From IMG/VR virus record IMGVR_UViG_3300042555_002918, positions 32,001-96,000 of that record: 64,000 nucleotides of DNA; one strand, written 5' to 3'. A program made the translations under genes and the position numbers. This document shows, one piece after another, positions 24,964 to 32,864 of the stretch. The notes below the pieces were generated by a model that was given only the letters and a program-made list of their open reading frames with translations, had not been told where the DNA came from and did no database searches. The DNA is from a virus. Every line of letters begins with the position of its first letter. The first letter of the stretch is position 1.

Positions 24964-26253
24964 GTGGCGTCTGACCTTGTAAGAGGTCAAATGCAGTTCA
25001 CGTTTGCAAAATGGGTGAGACGGTGGCAGCTACTAGTGGTGGTTGTGTTACTTTTCACACTCACCTCTTCTGCTCGGTGTGAGAGCGTTACATTTAGAGT
25101 ACGAGAGCTCGGGCGCGTTAGGGCCTCTTTGTCAGTAAAAAGAGACTTCCCTGGGCTTAATCTTTCTAAAGACTTCTTCCAAGGTCAGGTACGGTTCACC
25201 TCTCATAGGTTTCCCCTTGCAGCATCAAAGGATTTAGAGACTTTGACACTTACCTTCCCTGGGAAGGCCACAGGGAGTGAAGGGAGAAGACAGAGGCTCT
25301 ATACGGTTAAGGTAACGGGGAAAAGGGTAAAGGTTACAAGTATCCCTCGCTCATATCTACCTCCCGCCTCGTGCGCTGAAGCTCATGAGAGTGGGATAGA
25401 GGAACACAGACCAACTGTTAAGGAATTTTCAGATGTTCAGGCGAAAGAGACCGTACGAGTCATTTCGTTAAGAGCTTTTACAGACCCCGAGTGGCAAAGT
25501 ATCCATGGAGGGAACTCCTCATCTGATGTAGCAAGCGCTATCAATGTGGCAGAAAGCATTTACAACAGGCAGCTTGGGATTCGGTTTAAGGTGTTAAGCA
25601 TTACCTCTCTTCTTGATTCTTTCTTAAACTCTTCCCCCTCTCCCCTTCTCAATGAGTTTAGAGTGAGTCCATCAGCAGAAGGGGAAGCAAACCTAAAGGC
25701 TCTCTTTACAGGGAAAGACATGGACGGAAGCACCATTGGAATAGCCTATGTGGGAGTTGTCTGCTACGCGCCAGAGTACTCATTCAGCGTTACTCAAAGC
25801 TATGGGGCACTTTCAGGAGCCATATTCGCTCATGAGGTTGGACATAACCTTGGCGCCTCTCACGACTTCTATAACCCCGATACGCTCATGTACCCGTCCA
25901 TTGGGACTAACCAATCAGGCTTTAGCCCTTTAAGCCTAGGACAGATTGAAAGCCACCTAAGCTACTTTGGGGAGTGCTTGGGGAGAGACTCAATGACTCC
26001 CCTTCTCTCTGGTGCAAAGCTTAGCGTGAATAGGGGGAAAAAGAGCTTTATCCTTACCCTTCGCTCAACTCGGGGGACGCTTTTGGATGGGGTCTTAGTG
26101 AGATACGCCGTAAATGGGAAAACGGCATCAAAGGTAACTTCTTCTCGTGGGTCTATCGTAATCCCAGTTAAAAGTAAGGGCGTCTTTACAATAGCCGCTC
26201 ATGTCGCAACCGAAACCACAATCACCGCTCGGGCTCGGATACGGTTCAAATAG
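24964..26253 (+). CDS. Secreted zinc metalloprotease, M12B/reprolysin-like
   Basis: HEVGHNLGASHD, Met-turn LMYP, GIAYVGVVC, N-terminal signal/TM segment. Confidence 0.88.
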   Translation: MASDLVRGQMQFTFAKWVRRWQLLVVVVLLFTLTSSARCESVTFRVRELGRVRASLSVKRDFPGLNLSKDFFQGQVRFTSHRFPLAASKDLETLTLTFPGKATGSEGRRQRLYTVKVTGKRVKVTSIPRSYLPPASCAEAHESGIEEHRPTVKEFSDVQAKETVRVISLRAFTDPEWQSIHGGNSSSDVASAINVAESIYNRQLGIRFKVLSITSLLDSFLNSSPSPLLNEFRVSPSAEGEANLKALFTGKDMDGSTIGIAYVGVVCYAPEYSFSVTQSYGALSGAIFAHEVGHNLGASHDFYNPDTLMYPSIGTNQSGFSPLSLGQIESHLSYFGECLGRDSMTPLLSGAKLSVNRGKKSFILTLRSTRGTLLDGVLVRYAVNGKTASKVTSSRGSIVIPVKSKGVFTIAAHVATETTITARARIRFK

Positions 26254-26257
26254 GGAA

Positions 26258-26512
26258 TTACTTCTTTTTACTTGGAGCTTTCTTTTTAGCGGAAGCCTTC
26301 TTCACGGGGCGTTTTGCGCTGTAAGCGTTCTTAATACACTCAATAAGAGCCTCTGGCTCCGAGTCAGATAGGACGAAGTTATAGCCTAATCCCCTCTCGT
26401 CTATCCCGATAATGGAAAGGGTAATCCCAAACGGAAAGAGCTCTTCCATCTTAGAGATCCCTTCCTGGAGTCCGTCCTCGATTTGCTGAATGGTTAATTG
26501 TTTGCTCATCAA
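26258..26512 (-). CDS. Hypothetical protein with basic tail
   Basis: 84 aa; KKASAKKKAPSKKK. Confidence 0.6.
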   Translation of the reverse strand: MMSKQLTIQQIEDGLQEGISKMEELFPFGITLSIIGIDERGLGYNFVLSDSEPEALIECIKNAYSAKRPVKKASAKKKAPSKKK

Positions 26513-26534
26513 AGGACCTTTTACAAATTAAAGA

Positions 26535-26795
26535 GGGCGCTAGTCGGATTCCCGATTCGTCCACCGACACCTGCCACGTGACCTCTTAGAGTCCTCTTAA
26601 CGGCCGCGAGACCGCCTCTCTTGCTCTCTAAGCGTCACAACAAAACCAGTTGCTGTGCTATTTATTTCAATCGTTTCTCCACTTAAAGGCACGAAAACCG
26701 ACAATGGGACCTGCAAACCTAAACGGTGTTCAAGAAGAAGCACCAACACGCAAGCCGCCGAACCCTTTAAGCTACGATCTTACACCATAGCGCCC
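26535..26795 (-). ncRNA. Candidate structured RNA of about 260 nt with tRNA-like termini
   Basis: Terminal stem GGGCGCTA/TAGCGCCC; several inner stems; starts 5-6 nt after a GGTAATGC-class promoter (26802-26836); no ORF of 60 aa or more. Confidence 0.55.
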
Positions 26796-26849
26796 ACTAT
26801 AGTTTTATCAGGGTAGGCAGTACTTAGAGCATTACCCTTTTGAGAGTTA

Positions 26850-28202
26850 CTATTCGGGGTTGACTTGTCTTTTCGTCATTGCGGAAAGCGCAGCCTTACG
26901 GACATATGTTTTTTTATCAGCAAGCGCTTTAGTAATGTGCTCGTGTGTAGCATTTGGATGTGAAACGGCTTTAGCCCTTACATAATCGTCTTCATCAGCA
27001 AGCGCTTTAGTAATGTGCTCGTGTGTAGCATTTGGATGTGAAACGGCTTTAGCCCTTACATAGTAATCTTCATCAGCAAGCGCTTTAGTAATGTGCTCGT
27101 GTGTAGCATTTGGATGTGAAACGGCGCTCCCCCTGATTGGCGCACTTCCATCCGCAAGCGCTTTAGTAATGTGCTCGTATGTAGCATTTGGGTGGGAAAT
27201 TGCGGCATCTCTTACCGGCGGCTGTGCATCAGCAAGCGCTTTAGTAATGTGCTCGTGTGTAGCATTTGGATGACGAATTGCATTGACCCTTACGAGGGGA
27301 TTTCCATCAGCAAGCGCTTTAGTAATGTGCTCGTGTGTAGCATTTGGGTGGGAAATTGCGGCAACTCTAACATCTATCGAATGATGACCAAGGGCAGCAC
27401 CAATTTCATGGGACCTAACGTGAGCAACTGTACGCCCCGAGCCATCATCGTAAATATTTTCATTCTTATGATAAGCCCCCATCGGCTGATGATGATTATG
27501 ATGGGTATCGAGAATGTGCTTGACCTGATCTTCGAATCCTTTTGGTGCATCACCATATATACTTGGCTCAGGGACCAAGATAGAGTTTTGGTTCTCATCA
27601 CTGTGTTTTTTTATAGCAATCCGAGCAAGTGGCTTTTGAGGATGCCCCTGGTCATCAGCATGAACAAGATAGGCAACGTGCGTGCCGTGCTTTAGGTCTT
27701 GTTGAAGATTATGCCTGTTTTTACCACTCTCAAAGTTCATACACGAGCTGTTTTCCCAAGAGTGTCCACAGCTCGTCATTCCTGCGACATCATGTGGGTG
27801 TCTGGAAATGAGGACTCTGAGGTTTTGTTTGTTTTTCTGAGCACGAACAGGATCCTCAGCGAACTTCTTTACAAGGTTTGGCTCAGCCTTAGTCTGACCG
27901 AGAGCCTTACCAATCCGCACGTCTCGTCCGTGCTTATCCTTTGCTAAACCTGCCTTGTAGTCGTGAACCTTATATCCGTGCTTTGAAAGGTGTCCTTCTA
28001 TCGCTTCCTTCGCCGGGGAATCCGCATGGGCGGTTGAGTCAAAGTCAAAGTATCGCCGTTGGTGGGTTTCTTTATCCGTATCGGGGCCGCCAAAAAGCTT
28101 GTCACTAAACTCATTATTTCCCTTCCTCCAGGCATTTACGTCGGCCTTTTGGTCATTCCTAAGGGCTTCTTGGAGCATTTTGAATTGCTTAAAGGTCAGC
28201 AT
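26850..28202 (-). CDS. HEAT-like repeat protein with capsid-targeting-like leader
   Basis: MLTFKQFKMLQE; SCM motif; six 26-aa HPNATHEHITKALAD repeats; TATAAATA at 28211-28218. Confidence 0.85.
   Translation of the reverse strand: MLTFKQFKMLQEALRNDQKADVNAWRKGNNEFSDKLFGGPDTDKETHQRRYFDFDSTAHADSPAKEAIEGHLSKHGYKVHDYKAGLAKDKHGRDVRIGKALGQTKAEPNLVKKFAEDPVRAQKNKQNLRVLISRHPHDVAGMTSCGHSWENSSCMNFESGKNRHNLQQDLKHGTHVAYLVHADDQGHPQKPLARIAIKKHSDENQNSILVPEPSIYGDAPKGFEDQVKHILDTHHNHHQPMGAYHKNENIYDDGSGRTVAHVRSHEIGAALGHHSIDVRVAAISHPNATHEHITKALADGNPLVRVNAIRHPNATHEHITKALADAQPPVRDAAISHPNATYEHITKALADGSAPIRGSAVSHPNATHEHITKALADEDYYVRAKAVSHPNATHEHITKALADEDDYVRAKAVSHPNATHEHITKALADKKTYVRKAALSAMTKRQVNPE
26921..27360 (-). 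repeat. 78-bp coding tandem repeat, 6 copies
   Basis: CAAGCGCTTTAGTAATGTGCTCGT at 26921, 26999, 27077, 27155, 27233, 27311. Confidence 0.9.
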
Positions 28203-28234
28203 AGACTGACTATTTATAGCTCATCATGGGAATA

Positions 28235-29065
28235 CTATTTAGGGATTTCTTCGTCTTCCCCTGTCACTGGATTGTAGCGTTTGTTGTCGCTAAACCTTTC
28301 CCAGGTGTCGCTGTATCCAAAGTCATCTTGCGGCCCAGCAGACGCTGGCTCGGTGACAGTTGTGTTACGAGCAATACGCGGGGTCTTCTCCATCTTTTCC
28401 TGAGTAAGGTCACTCGGAGTATAGAGGTCGACCTGAACCTTCTTAATAATCTTGGCGGTCTCGACCGGACCGTGGAAGTTCATCTTGGCCGAAAAGCTCA
28501 GGTCATACCGCACCTGGCGCGGTTGCATGTCTAGCTCAGCTTCGTAGTTATCCGAAGGGGAAATAGAGTTAAGCTCAATTGGGATGTTCTCCTCGTACCC
28601 CATGGCAGGTACGGTTACTATCTTAAGGGTAAAGCTTGGAGTGAAATACGGAAGAATCTGCTCTAAAATCTGATTTGCATCCACTACATGCTTTGCAACG
28701 ATGGTAAGGGAGAAATCAATCGTATAGGCAACTGATTGATATGCGGCAAACTTTTCCCCGTCTGTAGCATTATCGGTTGAGTGTCGATGAATGGTGTTGA
28801 ACTTGCGAGAAGGGTCGTAGGTAATGGCTGAAATCTCAAATGCCATACGCGGGAACGTTTGCTCCACGTACACTGAATCCTCAAGGTCTGGATTGGCTGC
28901 AAGCCGTGCGATATACGCATGACGGTTTGCGTAGTTTATTGGAACTAGGTTCTTCTCGACCACATTACCGTTCTCGTCGTATTTGGCGACATAGATGCCA
29001 TTAAAGAGCGACCCAAACGCCTTAGTGACCTTCTCTAAAATGCCGTGGTAGAAATAGGTAAACAT
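28235..29065 (-). CDS. gp15: Tail sheath stabiliser/terminator, T4 gp15-like
   Basis: YFYH...AFGSLFN...VP..YA...PRMAFE...YD..RK...QILEQILPYF.P. Confidence 0.9.
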   Translation of the reverse strand: MFTYFYHGILEKVTKAFGSLFNGIYVAKYDENGNVVEKNLVPINYANRHAYIARLAANPDLEDSVYVEQTFPRMAFEISAITYDPSRKFNTIHRHSTDNATDGEKFAAYQSVAYTIDFSLTIVAKHVVDANQILEQILPYFTPSFTLKIVTVPAMGYEENIPIELNSISPSDNYEAELDMQPRQVRYDLSFSAKMNFHGPVETAKIIKKVQVDLYTPSDLTQEKMEKTPRIARNTTVTEPASAGPQDDFGYSDTWERFSDNKRYNPVTGEDEEIPK

Positions 29066-29925
29066 TACAATTTACCCTTATCGAATGGATTACGTGAGTT
29101 TTTAAGAACAACCCCAGAAGCTTCCGTTTGAATGAGAGAGTTCTGAGCGGAGATATCGTTAAGGATCTCTTCCTTGTCGGCCCCTACACTACGAGAGGCC
29201 CCGGAGGTGTTCCCAAGAAGCTCAGCCGTGTCTTTGATGTTACCGTTAATGTTGGTTAGGTAGATTGTTGTACCTTCTATTCGGTTTACGACAGCTTTGA
29301 AGGTTGAATTTGCAAATGAATTACCTTGGTAGACAACCTCACCAGGGACAAATTCCCCTGCCCCTGACCCAACCTCAATCTCAAGACGTTGCTTAATCTC
29401 TTGCTCGATGGCGTCAATCTCGGGAAGCCCCGTCTTAATGCTCTCGTTCCCATAGGTAAAGATGCGGCAGTCAATCTCGTAAATGTAATCGCGACCAAGC
29501 TCGATGAATGGAATGTTGTCGTTTACGTACTTAATCTCAAGGAGATATTGGCCAGGGACACCGTACGGGAAATAGATAAGGTCTCCCTCGCGGGGCCTAT
29601 TAACTGCACCAAGCTCGCCGCCAACTTGTTTCGTGAACTCGGTTTTACCAATTTGAATGGTGATGGACTGCTCCATCGTAATGCCCCACTTCTGCATTGC
29701 AGCTCGGCCTGTGAAACCGTCAGCGCTTTTGATGTACGACACCATCTCAAACCACTTGTCGAACTTAGCAAGCGGGTCCTCGCCGTAGAAAAGGTCAACG
29801 GGGCCTGAGCGGGAGATGTAAAAGCAGTTTACCCCATGGATCTCAATAACCTCGTTCATGAGGTCATCCATGAGGTCCTGCTCTGGCTTGTTCTTGAAGA
29901 GGTTAAAGTACTTATTGGAAGTCAT
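29065..29925 (-). CDS. gp14: Neck protein, T4 gp14-like
   Basis: EQDL..DL..E.I.IHG..C.YI.R; RPREGDLIYFP; F..LG..Y.Y...C..F.Y. Confidence 0.9.
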   Translation of the reverse strand: MTSNKYFNLFKNKPEQDLMDDLMNEVIEIHGVNCFYISRSGPVDLFYGEDPLAKFDKWFEMVSYIKSADGFTGRAAMQKWGITMEQSITIQIGKTEFTKQVGGELGAVNRPREGDLIYFPYGVPGQYLLEIKYVNDNIPFIELGRDYIYEIDCRIFTYGNESIKTGLPEIDAIEQEIKQRLEIEVGSGAGEFVPGEVVYQGNSFANSTFKAVVNRIEGTTIYLTNINGNIKDTAELLGNTSGASRSVGADKEEILNDISAQNSLIQTEASGVVLKNSRNPFDKGKL

Positions 29926-29939
29926 GCTTTCCTCCGCTC

Positions 29940-30926
29940 TTATCCTATCTTGAACGGAGTCTTCATCTCATAGGTCGAACGAAGCTCAATTTCTGCCTCT
30001 TCTTTGTCCTTCAGGCCAAGCTCAAGGATCTGTTGTCCGTTAAGCACGATTCCGCCGGGAAGCGTTACGTTGTTGTATTTGGTAAGGTTTCGTCCCCACT
30101 GAACCTGTAAGAGCGCGGTGAGATACTTCCTGACCCATTTGTCGCCGTACACCTTTGGGAAATCTTCTGGCTTAACGGCACCCCAGAACTTAAGAACGAT
30201 GTACTCACCCAACCGGAACTCTTCAGGCCAGTTTGTGGCGATGTAGAGACGGTTTTGCTTACGAGAGTGCCAGTGTGGTTTCACCCCAACGAACATCTGG
30301 TTCCATAGCTGAATATCCTGCTGGTACATGTAGTACGTCATGACATCAGCGTTAAGGAACGTTTGAATGGTTACCTGCTGAGCGAGCTGATACTGAAGGT
30401 CGAACGGGTTAATTGGATGTGAACCAAAGGAGCTTCTGGATTTAAGCACCTCAATTACTCCAACGACCGAGTCTGGAAGGTCGATGTACTTGTTGTCCAT
30501 CATGCCGAGAGTCTGAGCGTGACAATTTGTCAGAGTTGTTGTTGCACCAGACGTGAGGCCGGTAATTATTTCCCCATCCATGAAATGAACAGGGGCAAGC
30601 CTATCGGTAAAAGTGAATTTTATCGTGCGTGTGCTTTTGTCATACGCCTCAACGCGTGCCTGGGCACCGGAGACTCCGCCCTGGATAATCTCATGAACCT
30701 TAAAATCCTTGCCGGGAATACCAGCAAGAACAAGGGACGAAGCAGTTACCTTGAAAGCTTTATAAAAGACTGCCGTACCATCGATGTGGTACTCCTTGAA
30801 AAGCTCTAGCGCCTTGTCTACCTGATTCTCAATCTGTCCTTCGTCAAGATTGATCTGAATGACAGGGGCACCAAGCTCTTGGAGGCAAAACTTTATAAGA
30901 CTATTTCTGTCTGTTGGAAGGGCCAC
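29940..30926 (-). CDS. gp13: Neck protein, T4 gp13-like (GTG start 30926 after AAGGAG)
   Basis: LGAPVIQIN....Q......AL.....YH.DG; QWG.NL.KY....LPGG..LNG. Confidence 0.9.
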   Translation of the reverse strand: MALPTDRNSLIKFCLQELGAPVIQINLDEGQIENQVDKALELFKEYHIDGTAVFYKAFKVTASSLVLAGIPGKDFKVHEIIQGGVSGAQARVEAYDKSTRTIKFTFTDRLAPVHFMDGEIITGLTSGATTTLTNCHAQTLGMMDNKYIDLPDSVVGVIEVLKSRSSFGSHPINPFDLQYQLAQQVTIQTFLNADVMTYYMYQQDIQLWNQMFVGVKPHWHSRKQNRLYIATNWPEEFRLGEYIVLKFWGAVKPEDFPKVYGDKWVRKYLTALLQVQWGRNLTKYNNVTLPGGIVLNGQQILELGLKDKEEAEIELRSTYEMKTPFKIG

Positions 30927-31482
30927 GCTTTTTCTCCTTTTTCTTTCCCGCCTTCTTATTTTCGGTGGGCTTGGATTCCTCAGTGTCAATCGTTCGAACT
31001 ACAGAGGTAGCAGCATCGAGGCGATCCGCAACTTGAGAGGAATCAGAGGCGATGCGGTCAATGAGAAATTGTAAAAACGGTTGCTTTTGAACTTTGTGAA
31101 GGTTCTCAAAGATGGACTTAAGCTCCGTGAGCGCGATAAACGATATAATCAGGCTGTCCAGAGGGAGAGAGAAATCCCCGGCCGATAAGAGGAACTTATT
31201 AGCAACGTGAACTACACAGACAGTGGTCAGGTAAACGAACGTTTTAACAATGGTTCTGGCAAGCCTGCGCGAAGAGATGGGACTTTTCGTGTGATATGCA
31301 GCCCATATTCCGGTAAGAAAATCCGCAGACACCAAGAACAAAAGCGCCACCATCATTTTTTGAAGGGGCGCAAAAACAGCAAGGAGGGAAAGCGCAAACG
31401 TAACAATACTGTCAAGGGAGAATGAGTCTCCAGTTGTAACCGAAGTGCTGTGTGGAGGAGCCTGAAACATCGTATATCTCAC
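30901..31482 (-). CDS. Putative holin
   Basis: Three TM segments; DFLTGI.AA....ISSR.L..T..K; EL.SI.EN; basic C-terminus. Confidence 0.75.
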   Translation of the reverse strand: MRYTMFQAPPHSTSVTTGDSFSLDSIVTFALSLLAVFAPLQKMMVALLFLVSADFLTGIWAAYHTKSPISSRRLARTIVKTFVYLTTVCVVHVANKFLLSAGDFSLPLDSLIISFIALTELKSIFENLHKVQKQPFLQFLIDRIASDSSQVADRLDAATSVVRTIDTEESKPTENKKAGKKKEKKRGPSNRQK

Positions 31483-31494
31483 ATCAAATCTGCC

Positions 31495-31710
31495 GACCTA
31501 CGATGAATTATTAAGCAACCGTTACCCATTCAGTGCTCAGTCCGGCGGCCCTTCCTTGTATCAAAAGTGGCGACACGAGCTTTTTGAGCCCGCTTGATAT
31601 CTAACGAAGAGGTTCATATCGATACGTCGATATGAACCCCCGAAGTCGTAGGTCTTACGCCAGAAGATTGAGTGAAATTCATCGAAAGCAATCTCTGTAG
31701 TCTATGTGAC
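31495..31710 (-). ncRNA. Structured late RNA or 5' leader upstream of the holin
   Basis: CATAAATA at 31711-31718; 12-bp perfect hairpin 31611-31638; two crossing 9-bp pairings. Confidence 0.45.
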
Positions 31711-31713
31711 TAT

Positions 31714-32103
31714 TTATGCTTCCGTGTTGTCCGATGGCTGGCTTGCGTTGGCCTCTTCACTATTGGAAGCGGCACTTAAAGCCTCTTCATTCGGGTCCTG
31801 AGCAGACGAGTCTTTCTGGAGCTTTTCATCAACGAATTTTTTGACTTCGGTGAGTACCGACGTGGTTATAGCAAATTCCTGAGCTCGGGCAGCAGGGATG
31901 TTTAATTGATTAAACAGCAATAGGACGATATCCAACGCTATTGCAACATCGCTAAAAAGCACCTCTTTCCTACCATCAGTCATGATTGATATCTCCCTTT
32001 GAATCTTTCCCTTTGCTTTGGACCTGTCCAGTTTGCAAAGCCAGTATGGCAGGTTATTTATAAGCCTGCGCATTACTTTTCTATCGAGAACCACTGCGGG
32101 CAA
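31714..32103 (-). CDS. Hypothetical protein
   Basis: 129 aa ORF (TTG start). Confidence 0.5.
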   Translation of the reverse strand: MPAVVLDRKVMRRLINNLPYWLCKLDRSKAKGKIQREISIMTDGRKEVLFSDVAIALDIVLLLFNQLNIPAARAQEFAITTSVLTEVKKFVDEKLQKDSSAQDPNEEALSAASNSEEANASQPSDNTEA

Positions 32104-32126
32104 GAGAAGCCCCGGAAGTAAGAATT

Positions 32127-32162
32127 AAAAGGGAGTGCGCCCTTATGAGACGCACCCCCTTC
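32127..32162 (-). terminator. Rho-independent terminator
   Basis: GGGGGTGCGTC-TCATAA-GGGCGCACTCCC followed by TTTT on the - strand. Confidence 0.7.
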
Positions 32163-32228
32163 GTGTCAAAGTACAGCTTGTGGCAGTACCAATCCTTAAG
32201 ATGTGAAGTTTTGTTTACTTGGTATAAG

Positions 32229-32432
32229 TCACCCTAATTTTTTCTTGTCGTTACTTTCAGATGGAGCCATAACTGAAACTACCGTTCCTGAAATTTGGTT
32301 TATTCGCAAGGCTCGTAAATGGTAATGGTGGCGAGTGTCGGAGCTGTGCAGTGGAAGCTCTACGCTGTCAACGCATGATGGGTAAGTGTAACCCGATTCT
32401 AAATGCCTATCGCGAACGAAAGAATTGGTCAT
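32229..32432 (-). CDS. Small late hypothetical protein
   Basis: CATAAATA at 32466-32473; GGAG SD; terminator downstream. Confidence 0.5.
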   Translation of the reverse strand: MTNSFVRDRHLESGYTYPSCVDSVELPLHSSDTRHHYHLRALRINQISGTVVSVMAPSESNDKKKLG

Positions 32433-32561
32433 GTCGTGGTTCTCCAGACTTAACCGTACATTGGTTATTTATGAAATGTCGAAGAGGTTATCTCGGGAAT
32501 ATTTCTTCCTCCCTATAAATAACCTTTGCCTGTATACGCTTTTTAATAGGGAGAGGTCCGA

Positions 32562-32864
32562 ATGTTGTTATTGGAAGCCCTTGGATTTGTAGCCTCAACG
32601 TGCCTTATCTTTAGCTCGGTACCACAGGCGATTCACACCCTTCGAACAAAAAACGTTACGGGGCTATCATTAGGCACCCTTCTCCTATGGTTTTTTGGTG
32701 TGATTATGATGGGCATTTACGTGGCGATTAAATCCCCACACATTCCACTCCTTATCAATTACAGCTTTAATACCGTTATTGTCGGTATCAATCTCATTCT
32801 CTACGCCAAGTACAGCCGAAAACCGGTCAAGGTCAGAGTTAGGACACGCTCAAAGCGCGGCTAG
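32562..32864 (+). CDS. PQ-loop/SemiSWEET-like membrane protein
   Basis: LG..A......S.VPQA..T.RTK...GLS; three TM helices; TATAAATA at 32514-32521. Confidence 0.8.
   Translation: MLLLEALGFVASTCLIFSSVPQAIHTLRTKNVTGLSLGTLLLWFFGVIMMGIYVAIKSPHIPLLINYSFNTVIVGINLILYAKYSRKPVKVRVRTRSKRG

Noticed and set aside
26535-26795. tmRNA
   Set aside because: No G3-U70 alanine identity pair, no canonical T loop and no convincing tag reading frame.
26921-27360. Repeat-spacer pattern resembling a CRISPR array
   Set aside because: The period is exactly 78 bp (26 codons), in frame within a 450-aa ORF. The spacers are homologous to each other and no cas genes are present.
26850-27400. Diversity-generating retroelement target
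   Set aside because: Differences between repeats are not confined to adenines, and no reverse transcriptase or template repeat is seen in the window.
30927-30989. Arg/Lys-rich N-terminal extension of gp13
   Set aside because: It is an artefact of the longest-ORF call overlapping the holin tail. GTG 30926 has an AAGGAG SD and matches the gp13 start.
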